A DNA stretch of 63,992 bases, filler included, from Diploschistes diacapsis (Eukaryota): NCBI GenBank assembly GCA_023645945.1. It is 5 parts of 5 records of this genome, joined end to end, with 100 filler letters (N's around TTAATTAATTAA, not from the genome) between each part and the next. Parts side by side here need not be neighbours in the genome. Positions count along the whole stretch, not along the records: positions 39,443 to 52,471 come from JALAIB010000696.1; 4 more parts are not named here. One strand, given 5' to 3'. Under the pieces are notes generated by a model. It was not told where the DNA came from, searched no databases, and was given only the letters and a program-made list of their open reading frames with translations. Shown here piece by piece: positions 40,309-50,937 of the stretch. Every line of letters starts with the position of its first letter. Position 1 is the first letter of the stretch. The translations under genes were made by a program, and so were the position numbers.

Positions 40309-40425
40309 GTGTAACTCGTATATATAATGCATACTAATTACTATAGGAACTAAATATGAGCTAAACAGCTTGGCAGATACACTATATGTGACCGGGGTAG
40401 GGAGTAGGTGGTGCTCCCGAATCGC
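40309..40425 (+). repeat. Dispersed repeat, reverse-complement copy of about 4900-5010
   Basis: GTAACTCGTATATATAATGCATACTAATTACTATAGGAACTAAATATGAGCTAAACAGCTTGGCAGATACACTATATG aligns to the reverse complement of 4931-5008, with mostly G>A/C>T differences. Confidence 0.85.
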
Positions 40426-40817
40426 CCTGTTCAACTTGTTCCAACGTTATCTGATGTGGTGATTGAATCATGCGGTCTTGAGCTATTACCAGCGAAATGA
40501 AGCAGGTTGGTGACGTTTGACTGATGGCAGGAGCGCTTGTGGCCATCTACTCGCAAGTGTGCCTTCCACAAGCTCAGGTGAGGCAGTGACTGCGCACAGT
40601 GTTGGAACCTGCGTTGCGATAGGCAGTCGAGGTAAGACGCGTCGTTGTCTTCTCCCACCGAGTATTCTAGATATCTTTCTTTTCCTTGTTCCTCGCGAGG
40701 TTCATCGACATCCATTGCTCATTCTTTTGGCTCAATACTAACCCAGCAGCTTTCGCTTATTTCTATGCTTCGACACCTCCAGCAGCCTTTCTTTTGTCTT
40801 AGTTGGAGGTTCCGCCT

Positions 40818-43514
40818 ATGGCGAGCTCAGCATCGAGCTGCTCATTCCTTGCCACTGACGAAATCTATCCGCCGAGGGCTGCCTTTGATCGAGATCTGAA
40901 TACTAATCTTAAACCTGATATACCTCCACGCAAATCATCGCGCCGGTATGCTATTAGAACAACCCGGTCGGGCAACTCACTCCGTGGCGAAATCCGTACG
41001 GTACCGTCTCTTATACTGTCGAAGCGATCCAATGTATCTGAATCCAAAACTTTCCTCAAGTCGAGGAACTCACCTCCCGGTGTCAAGGCCAAACCATCGA
41101 GCTCCTCGCGTCGATCTGAGTGGAACCCACAGAAGCGACCGGCGGAACTTGATCTCTCTAAATCTGGAGATGCCCCATTCCCAAGCCCTCCACCAAGGTT
41201 TGTTTGCGGTGCGCAAACGCCTGATGTGCAAGCTTCTGAAGCGGTAGAGGCATTCCCGTTCCCGCTATCCCCAAAACCATTGGTATCCTCAGGCCTTCTT
41301 ACACCAACAAAACGCAGAGCATTAAGTGCAGGAGCTTCTCCAGAGTATCAACCGAGCACTTCAGATCGTTTCATTCCCTCCAGGAGTCGAGGAGACGATC
41401 TTACCAGGACATATAAAATAAGCAAGAGCCCGCAGGATCTGTCTCCAGAGGAGCGTTTGGTTCGCACCGACGGTGCGAATCCTGATCCGTTTACTGCTCG
41501 AAGGATTACTCCGACAGGACAACCTGCACGCAACGGCGGCCCCCGGCCTCTGCGCTCTACTACGTCCCTTCCTCCCCGTAACCCTAGCGGAGTGCAGAAT
41601 AGAGTCATCAGCGCAGGTGGTGTTTGGAACGTTGGTGGTTCGGGTCCAGTACAGCAACGCCCGGTAGCAGGTGTACCAAACGGTCGTGGTGGTCTCCTCG
41701 GAAGCGGTACTAATGCGCCAATGTTCTCGTCGACCTTTTTCAAGTCGGAAACGCCGCATGAAAGTCAGGAAAGATTCGAAGGGCGACTTGCTATCGCATT
41801 AGATCTCGACAGGACTTCCCGTGTCTTCAATTTCTCACACTCAAAAAAGGGTCCATCTCCAACGCCAAAGGCTTCTCCTCAGTGTCCGGGCACTATCTGG
41901 AAAGACGGCAAATGGCTCATTACGAAGTCTGATAAAGGTATGTCTGGCTTTCGGGCAATTTTGATCGAGGGAAGGTCGAATCTAGCTAACAAGCGTTGTG
42001 CAGGGGCAAAGAATGCAAAAAGCGAGCCAAGGGCTGTGCCATCGACACCTTTCAGATAAGTTCCGATAGCCGTCGAATATTCTTCAAAGCTGAATTGTAA
42101 AACAGTGCTCGATGCCCCGACCTTGAGAGACGACTTCTATTGCACCGTACTCGCTTATTGTCCCGTCCTCCGGGTTCTGGCCGTGGGGCTCAGTAACCGC
42201 GTGTACCTCTGGTCAGAATCCCACGGCGTCCGATACCCTCCACGAGCCGACGACGACATTAGAGACATCCACGTTACCACCATGGACTTTTCCTCCGCGC
42301 TAGGCGCATGCAGTATCCTCGCCATTGGACGAAGCAATGGAAAGCTTAATCTTTGGTCGCCCCATGAGCCGATGGATAGATTGCAGCATCCGTTCCCGAA
42401 AGCAATTGCTTGTGTTCGCTTCAAGCCAGTACCGACCCGACGGTATTCGGAGCGCCAGTGCGCCACAATCTCAACAGAAGAGCTCCTAGTGGGTAACGAG
42501 GCCGGAGATGTTTACTACTATTCCATCGAGTGGCCCAATCCCGATGCCAACGGGCAAAACTCAGCGATTATTTTTCTGCTGGCCAAGATCGACATCCATA
42601 AGCAACAAATTTGTGGCATAGCATGGTCTCCGGATGGAGAATACTTCGCTACTGGCGGTAATGATAATGCTTGCCTACTATTCTCGGTGCGGGACATCCT
42701 ACAAGACTTGCCCCATCAATCTCGAAATGCTCTGCTGATCTTACCCATGACGCCACCTACCACTCCGCCCATGAACGCTTTGGCTCCTCGCTTTGTCCCC
42801 AATGAGACATTACACTACACTCTCAATAGCAGAGCGGAGGGCAGTGGATCCTTCGACCACAATACCCCGCCCCGACAGTATTTTCGTTCTATACGATCCA
42901 GCCAAGCCCGCAACCGCCGTTCTCTCATAATCACCGGAGGACGCGAGCGACATAGATGGCCCCACTCGGCCGCCGTGAAGGCCATTGCATTCTGTCCCTG
43001 GCAACGGGGGTTAATTGCCACTGGAGGCGGCTCAAACGACCGAGCAATCCATTTCTTTCACACGTGGTCCGGCGCCTGTCTTGCTACCATCAACGTCCAG
43101 GCTCAAGTTACCTCCCTCATATGGTCGAAAACGAGGAGAGAAATTGCTGCAACCTTTGGCTATGCCCAGCCCGAACATCCGTATCGCATCGCCGTCTTCT
43201 CCTGGCCGGACTGTAAGCAAGTGGTTTCGATTCCGTGGGCGGGCGAAATGCGCGCCCTCTACGCCATTGCCTACCCTGGCGGTCCGAACGAGACGGGCAA
43301 ATGCAAGAAGGAGAGCGAGGGCGGCAGATGGTGGAGCAGGACGGCCGATGAAGGGTGCATCGTTGTCGCGGGCAGCGACGAGAGCGTAAAGTTCCATGAG
43401 ATCTGGAGTGGCAGCGGGACGGGCATGGGCAATAAGAGCGGAGGGCTTGGCTGGAGTGAAATCCTGGAGGGGCTGGAGGGCGTGGATGGCGACTGGGGAG
43501 AAGTCATACGCTAA
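40818..43514 (+). CDS. AMA1: APC/C activator of the Cdc20/Fizzy family, probably meiosis-specific Ama1 type
   Basis: C-box DRFIP, TPFR|VLDAPTLRDDFY, WD40 repeats (ATGGND; AAVKAIAFCPWQRGLIATGGGSND) and a C-terminal IR tail (EVIR). Introns 41938-42003 (GT-AG) and 42056-42103 (AT-AC). The Ama1 subfamily call is inferred from divergence and insertions. Confidence 0.8.
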
Positions 43515-44345
43515 TGATCCTTCTCTACGGGGAAGCGTACTGGGAGTGGTGAGACGGGGCAGGCTTTTTGGATCCTAGAGATAAGAAGGAGGAACGACCC
43601 CACCTACCTACAGAGTTGGGCTAAGACTGCGAGATAAATGTTTTTGTTTATGCTGTCACCAAGTGCCCCGTGATAGACACCTGTTACCAAGGGGGGGGCG
43701 TGGCGAAAAAGTATTTGTGACGCCACGAGCCGTATTCTAACCATAAGGTTTGGAGCAGTCTTTCACTTTCTTTCACTTTGGTGCTGAAGAGATGCTGTCA
43801 CTGCAGGCAACAAGAGATATGGGAAGCTAAGGGAAAACCGTTGTTTTGTCGGAAGCCAATCGAGACCACCGCGACCCCGGCCAACCTACCACGATAGCCA
43901 GGTATAACTCTAGTTCGAGTACCTCGTCTTAGTTTGATTTTCCTAGAGAGCTCATCGGGCGCCTGTGTTCATCACATTGGGGATTCCAATTGAAGGAACC
44001 AAATAAGTAGTTGACACCAAGTGTTTACGATGGGGCCTGAGGCTCTCCATGCATGTGCCAATACCCTGAAATCATTGGGCTTTCATCTGGCATGACTGCA
44101 ACGCTTCAAAGCTTTCCTTGTGAACTTCATACTGCTTGGGTGTATGAGCAGTGTCTAGGCAGGCTTGAGCTGTAGATTTGTCTCTGTTCCGAAGACCGGT
44201 AGTGTAGAGTATCCATACACCTGGCTAGGCACCAAGGCTATTTCATGTTTTATTTGAATTACTAGTAGTCCTGCTATCTGGTTTGAAGATCTTCACCAGC
44301 ACAATCCAACTGTGCTTTTTCGACTTTCGTCCTCGGCAAGTCACT

Positions 44346-44643
44346 ATGGTAAGTGCTTTCTTATTTTAAATTCGAGTTTCTAACGAACCTTGACAGCCTC
44401 ACAAGCCCTTCCAAGAATCACCGCCCCCCGTCACCGACGACATGGGTCAGCTCCGTACAGATCCTTCTCGGCTTCTCTGCAGCATCGATCGCTTCCGAAG
44501 CCATCCGCGACCAATCCGGCCTTCCGCCCGGCGAGGCATTCATGTCCAGGGGCACCCACGCCGACTTCGAGATGCACCTCATGTGCGGCAAGAAGTTCTA
44601 CCTCTACAAGCATCGGGACTTTTGCTCGCCCTGTTATTGTTAA
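44346..44643 (+). CDS. Small orphan family, copy 1 (~70 aa; exons 44346-48, 44397-44445, 44483-44643)
   Basis: ATG|GTAAGT...CTAAC...CAG|PHKPFQ. Downstream EAFMSRGTHADFE resembles EGFLIRRGDHPDWE of copy 3. Confidence 0.5.
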
Positions 44644-44886
44644 GATTAAGTCCAAGAGTCGCGTCTTGGAGCCGGATCTCAGGTTGTTGATTCTGGTAGA
44701 CTCGCTGTGTAATTCCTCGTGGTGGCGGAGTTGGTTGTGGTGAAGGTTTTTGTATGGATCTAAGTAAACGGTTTGCCGTATTCAAAGTGAGGACAAAAGC
44801 GGTGCTTTTGTTCCAAATGACTATATCTTTTGTGCTGTACGCGAGAGAAAAGGTGTTGAGTGCAGGGTACGCATAGATTTGATGAC

Positions 44887-45413
44887 ATGGTAAGTACATA
44901 GGTGACCCCTTCCAGTTCCCTGATGATCTCGCTAGGCACGATATGCTACGTCGCCCAAGTGTCGCTTGGGAAGGGATGGGGGAAATCCGAGCCGCTCCCA
45001 ATGAGTTTAATAGACCGGTTTTGGATTCTCCGATAGACAAGACCTGGAGGGACTTTGTACGGAAAGAGATTGTGGCGATACTTTGCTTCCCACCGCTGTT
45101 AGACATCGCCTCAGTCGCAAAGGAGCGGGGAGGGATTGCTATTGTTATTCATTGCTGCATGCGGCGACTCGAACAGGCGAGGGAAGTTGCGCATGTGGGC
45201 TCCTTTGAAGAAGTTTTAAATGCAGTGAGGAAACGGCGAGAGGTAATATTGGACGCGGACCAGTGGCTAAGTTATGAGACGCCTTTGCGGTCAGAGATGT
45301 ATAGTTTCCTACTGGGGTTGATATTTCTATACACTCCTACAGCATTAAATTTAACCCTCATCCTAATATCTAATTTTCTACGCCTCTTACAAACTAGGCG
45401 ATTATCTGTATAA
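44887..45413 (+). pseudogene. Small orphan family, copy 2 (ATG exon out of frame with the body ORF)
   Basis: ATG|GTAAGT at 44887. Body LRRPS...WRDFVRKEIVAI...VAKER...SFEEVLNAVRKR matches the family pattern. It could instead start at its own ATG at 44943. Confidence 0.4.
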
Positions 45414-45492
45414 GTTGTTTACTTTGTTCCAGAGACAACGAATCCGCCTTTTTTAGCTTTTCCTCGAATAACCTCGGAAAAAAGGATCTACA

Positions 45493-45963
45493 ATGGTAAG
45501 TGCTGTCCCAGACCTGTATCTCCAAGTCTCTCCAGCTCACTCAAATCCAGCCTCGGAAGCCTTTCAAGCCATATGGTCTGTCAGAACTCGGAAATCTTTC
45601 GTGCGGTGCGCTGCAACCAGGGTTCACCGATTGTTGCTTCCAAAAACGGGTGACCATCATCATCGATATCGGTGAAGTACTAGCAATCGCACCTCTCTGC
45701 TCGACGCAGGTGACGTGGTCATTGCAAAGTCCCGGTACCAGTATCTGGCTCTGATCGAAGGATTTTTGATTCGCCGCGGCGACCATCCGGACTGGGAGGA
45801 GTTCCACAGGAGCAACAAGCTGGAAGATATACTGGAGACAATTCAAGCTAGAATGCCGGGGCTACATTCAAGCTATCACGCTGCTGAAAAACGAGGTTGG
45901 ATCGCCCGTTTGTCGAGCAGGCCAGGTAGGAGCCAACCGCCGATTGTAGAAGTCCCTAGATAG
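45493..45963 (+). CDS. Small orphan family, copy 3 (~125 aa; exons 45493-95, 45551-45671, 45710-45963)
   Basis: ATG|GTAAGT...CAG|PRKPFK and VIAKSRYQYLAL...GDHP...KLEDILETIQARM. The second intron is weak. Confidence 0.55.
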
Positions 45964-46303
45964 CTCGATGGGGTCTGAAGATCGCTGAAATTGTGTTGCA
46001 CTTACTATGGAGGATCGAGGACAGAAGCAGAGTCGGTGTCGGTAGACTACCATGCAACAGGTACTATCAGGTCACAAGAAGGTCATGCTATTCTTCATAC
46101 TTAGTTCAAAGATTACGGGTAAAAACTTAGAAACCTATGAAGGTGTGTGTAAAGGCTTGTGCACACGGCTTGACCCGGCTATATTTGCGAATCCTCGTAT
46201 ATATTGATAGCCATCAATGTTTTCCATCTTTCTTTTCTCAGAGTCCAGCATTATTATGATAAACAAGGGCACATGGACGTTAGTCCATAATCTGTCCACT
46301 ATC

Positions 46304-46678
46304 ATGGCAAGTGATTAACGCTGCAGATTTTAGAACATGACGCTGGCTAATTCGAACACGGGCTCGAAAACCTCTCCAATATTTTCCATCTGTCAAGCCT
46401 CGCCGGTTTTCCCACCATCTTTACAGGATGCAGAATCAACACGCTTCCAGGACCTGAGCTTCGGGGCTTACGTGCTTTGATACTCGTTCCGACGAAATGT
46501 TGAGGAAGTTTAGTGCTCGATACCAACTCTCAGTATTCAAGGCTATGCATAGGCAAAGTCGGTGCTCACTGTATCGCTCGCTATGATTAAGGTGGAGTTT
46601 GCCAGGCTGATGCTTGCTTTGAGCTTCGGAGGGGGGTCCAATCTAGAGGAGCTGCTCGAGTGATCAAAACCTCGCTAG
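46304..46678 (+). pseudogene. Small orphan family, copy 4 (degenerate)
   Basis: ATG|GCAAGT...GCTAAT...CGG|ARKPL. After frameshifts: NIFHLSSL, CIGKVGAHCIARYD*, SNLEELLE*. Confidence 0.5.
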
Positions 46679-47105
46679 AGAGAAGAGTCAAGTTATTCAC
46701 AGTTGCTTCTCCACTAGACTAAGATACAAGATTGGGGGGAGTTATTTGGATGCATGACGAAGTGTTTAGGGAGGTTGTCGCCCAAAGATCCCTTGTTTGA
46801 GGGGCAAGGTGATGGAGTTTTGACTATTTGACAACCCAGGCTGATAGAAGAGCATGTGTTCAAAGGTACAGGAGAGTTGGGATCGATTCTGCACGGTTTG
46901 CGCTTCAACACATGCCGGAGATGGCATCTAAGAGTCAAAACATCTCTAGTGACTTCCCCTTCATGGTGTGCGACCGACTCAAATGTATACATGAAGAGCT
47001 CTATGTTTCTTTTTTCCCATCCAGTGTTTACACTTATCTGAAACAGACCACAAGTCATTTCACTTCATGCTCTGCCAGTACCTTCATCGACCCCAGTATC
47101 TGAAC

Positions 47106-47685
47106 ATGGTGGGTACTGCACATACCCTGAAGGCCCGATCATCTAATCTTCTCCTGGACTCCAAAACCACTCGACTGTTTGGATTTCCAGGCAATATTCA
47201 AATGCAAGGATACAGTACCACCGTAGGGCGTCGCCACTCCACAGTGTCTATTTAGATTTAATCAGCTGGCGGAGTATCGGGATTTTTCTCGTCTCCCAAA
47301 GACAGTGGTGGTCATTTGAGTTCGGGCAAAACTTGATAATGATGATACACTCATCATTATCAAAGAGGACGTCGAGTATATCGCTGTACATGATTCCCGT
47401 GATCGTTTCAGCGGTGATGTTCCATATATGGAGGGGAATAGGGGTCGGTCATACTTAGGAGAAATGTTGAAGAGGGTTGGCGAGAGAATGTCTCCAAGGA
47501 CAGGACATGCTCGGAGCGTGCAGAAGTTTGGAAGCTCTTACAGAGCTCGACGAGGAAAGCGGAGCAATGAACAGGGGCTTTTAAGAATACAAGGCTCTAG
47601 CAGATCAATAGGCAGAGGCACTGAGGGAGAAGACATGTCGGAGACAGCAATTTGGAGAATAATGGGCGAAGAGGTGCTGTATTAG
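47106..47685 (+). pseudogene. Small orphan family, copy 5 (broken acceptor, two in-frame stops)
   Basis: ATG|GTGGGT...CTAAT...TGG|TPKPL, with stops at 47224 and 47317. EYIAVHD..SGDVPYME..YLGEMLKRVGERM..QKFG aligns without gaps to copy 3. Confidence 0.55.
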
Positions 47686-48295
47686 CTTGACTAGATGCGA
47701 CTTGCATTATTTTGAGGCCGGGGTTCCTGCGTCCTGCTTGCATGAGATCAAATACCGATTTAAAGAGCCGATTAGATGGATGTTACTGTTCATTGGAGAC
47801 ATGGCGAGATATGAGAGCACGAGTCCCCTCCATGTGAACATGCCAATAAAAGCAAGATGTCTCAATTATGTTCCTTAAAGAAGAAGAATAGGGTATGAAA
47901 TTTCCCTCGACTACTTTCAGAACTTTGGAGACCGCACAACAGCACTTGGCTCAGGAAAGGATTCTCGGTCTTTCCGACATAAGTGAACTGACAACAAATA
48001 GGACCTCCACAGACAACATGGTTCATTATAGCATTACACAAAGTGACTGAGCGATTTATTACTTCCTTCGAAGCCCAAGTCACAGAGTGTCACCGTCTCT
48101 GAAACAAAATTTTGATAGTCTCCCACCAGGTTGGCAATCAACTCCATCTCTCTGAAGTCCTTCAAGATACCCTGACAATCACGTCAATCTGAACACTTGT
48201 GCTCCAGCATAAGCTATCTCATTAAACATCAACAATAACCCCGGATTAGCAGAAAGCGAAAGCTGGCTGCATGTCCTGAGCAGTCTATTGCGAGG

Positions 48296-48488
48296 ATGGT
48301 ATTCTGAACAAAGGAAACGAAGGTGATGGAAAAGCCAACTTGTAGTATTGCAGAAGAACAAGAAGGCTTTCAAAGAGCTCGAGATGGGAGCCATACAGGC
48401 GGATGGTGGGAAGAAGCCTCTTTCTTGCGGTGGGCAGGAGCAACTGACCATTCTGGAGCAATATACACTGTACCACCTTCAACTGTGA
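48296..48488 (+). pseudogene. Small orphan family, copy 6 (short or truncated, ~45 aa)
   Basis: ATG|GTATTC...CAG|KNKKAFKELE, nearly identical to the N-terminus of copy 8. Confidence 0.45.
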
Positions 48489-48975
48489 TGCAACGGCACC
48501 GTCGTAGTATTTCAGTGCTCTACACGGCCCCGTAACTGTTTCTTACGGGTATCGAGGTTCTTTTTTCCGATCGCTCATGGTATAGATAAGCACTAACAGA
48601 ATAGCTTTTTGTTTGCGCCAGGGAAATGGTCAAGCATGGGGTTTGTAGTACGTGCCTTGTTGCTGTGGGTTCTAGTCTTTACCAAATCAGATATGATGAC
48701 ACTTCTTATCTTTTTCTAAGGGATAATACGTTCTACTAGTACGCCACCGAGTTTAATTTGCATCAATGCTTTCAACAGAAGACCTTTCGATTGGCAGGAA
48801 ATGTTAGAGCTGCTTGAAGATCTAACATGTACACGGCGATACTTCATGGCATGAGCATGGAGATCAATATATCTGTTCAACTTTTCTTTCAATTGCCCAC
48901 AATTTATACGCAAGATCTTCCTTGGACCATTCCATTGCGGACCTGCAAGTCCTATGCTTCACTCGCTACTGGAAA

Positions 48976-49392
48976 ATGGTGAGCGCCTGGTTGCCCTATC
49001 GAGCCCTGATTACTAGTTCGGTCCAACTGACATTTTCCCAGCCGGAACGACCTTTTAATGCTTTCGAATTCTCGAGCTTTTTCGAAGATGATGCTGAAGC
49101 TATGTTCTTGGATGGACTCCAAGCCCACCATCATATGGCGACGAAGCTTGGCCTACAATCGAACCCATATTGGGATTCTATCGAGGTGCTAGCAGCCATA
49201 AAGATACCCTCACGTGGTGCTAGTATCTATGTTGTCATACATCGAACCAACTACTGGGCTTACATGGGATATCCTACTCCCTCCGGCTTTAAGCTACATA
49301 AGGTAAAGAGCAAAAACCTGACAGAAGCTATGGAGGAAATCAAGAAAGGTTACAAACGTCTAGTAATTGGATCTGATGAGCGGTTTGAATGA
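48976..49392 (+). CDS. Small orphan family, copy 7 (~117 aa, apparently intact)
   Basis: ATG|GTGAGC...CTGAC...CAG|PERPFNAFEFSSF, then IYVVIHRTNYWAY...NLTEAMEEIKKG. The ORF is uninterrupted. Confidence 0.6.
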   Translation: MVSAWLPYRALITSSVQLTFSQPERPFNAFEFSSFFEDDAEAMFLDGLQAHHHMATKLGLQSNPYWDSIEVLAAIKIPSRGASIYVVIHRTNYWAYMGYPTPSGFKLHKVKSKNLTEAMEEIKKGYKRLVIGSDERFE

Positions 49393-50265
49393 AAGAAGGA
49401 ACCGGTTAAATAGTGGTTGGGTATATCACATACTTCCGGCAAGATGGATTGTTCATAACCTTCAAGGTGCCCATAGGAGCCGGAACGGGCACGTGGGTTC
49501 GAAAGTTACCAAGCCAGACTCTATTCAACTTTGTCTTCGAATGGAGAGCTTGAACATGTGGGCAAGTTGGGGCGTTACTTACTAAATTAGATAGATGACT
49601 CAAGACATCAGACTTGTCTCGTATACTATGCACATCAAAACTGGGCTGCCCTGGAGTACATGAGTGAACGTCACTATAGGAATGCTACTAGTGTAAACAT
49701 AACGGTGCAGCCAGGGCACCCACGTCTAACTAGCCATCCCTAGGCGGTACAACTTGTTGGTTACGTCTGATAGCGAAGGCGGAGAGGCGAAGTGCAAGAC
49801 TATGCTATAGCACTTCATTGAACTCTTTCCCGGCAAATCCTTCAATGTAAACCTATTCTCCCTGCTCTTGGTGATACAGTACACTCGTCGGAGTTCATTC
49901 CAGAACCTGTCCACCCCAATCTTATCGCACTGTTCGGGTAACAGTCTCACCCCGTCTTTTAGAAAGACTTTTTTTACGATGATATGATTGATTGTGCCAG
50001 CTGAAGTTCGGTTACCATACTATCTTTACACACCATCATTGGCTGTAGAACTCCCACTTCGGAAGAAACCTGATTCGAATGACACTTCAATTGCGACACA
50101 GTGTCCTCGCACAGTATTGGTACCCCAATGGTAAGTACCCCGTACCTTTGTCAACCTGTCAAGGCGTTGTCGTCGTCAATGTCGAGTGCCCGACCGTTGT
50201 CGCCGAAAGCAGTTAGCCGCTTGAGGATTAGTCCAGGTTGACAAGCCTCTGCCATGAACCCAAAG

Positions 50266-50730
50266 ATGGTACCCATATCCTGTCCTCTAAATCAACTATC
50301 CTGACGACATCTAGCCTAACAAGAAAGCATTCCAAGAGCTCGACTGCAGCGGAATCACGATGCTCGCTGATCCAGATGGCTTTCATAAGTTTATAAAAGG
50401 CTATGTATGGCCTTCGAGATCATAACGCCGCACCTTGTCTCTAAGAATACGGAGGCTTGCTGAGGTATTGGTATGGTTCCAAGGCAGGGATAGTGCAGGT
50501 CTTGAACATGCACTGTGGTGAAATGCGCCTGAGATGAAGGCGAAATGCCAGAAGAGGAAAAGGGGGAGGTGGTCACGTGCGTGGCGCTGCGGCTGACTAA
50601 AGCTAAGCCTCTTTTGGATGAGCAAGCTGAAAGACTCGACGTTGTCAAGGCCAACCTCGCTTTACTGTATGTATGCTTGTCGATGTTGCATCTCAATTGC
50701 CATCAGATTGTTGCAGTTGAAGGGTTGTGA
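50266..50730 (+). pseudogene. Small orphan family, copy 8 (premature stops; alternative ATG|GTAAGT at 50128)
   Basis: ATG|GTACCC...CTGAC...TAG|PNKKAFQELD, with a stop after about 36 codons. The 3' extent is uncertain. Confidence 0.4.
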
Positions 50731-50937
50731 ATTCTGGCATTGGCAAGGTTGCATGCAGTTGATAGTTAGTTACATGCTACACGCATCGCAACACTGTACG
50801 TTTCACGCGGCGAAACGATGAGGATCGTGATGAGAATCCGATGAAAATACAATTTAATTGGTGTGACATAGGCGAGGCATATATGGAAACGATATTTGTT
50901 CCACTGCGAGCGATTGAGGGCGTTATAACTAGAGATC

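Noticed and set aside
40803..43514. Two separate genes, or a pseudogene, split at TAA 42057
   Set aside because: The C-box is in the first ORF and the WD40/IR tail in the second. Both are in the same frame and otherwise intact, so one gene with a non-canonical intron is more parsimonious.
46720..46940. Possible ninth array member (…GELGSILHGLRF)
   Set aside because: Only a weak resemblance to the C-terminal helix, with no ATG mini-exon or N-terminal motif found.
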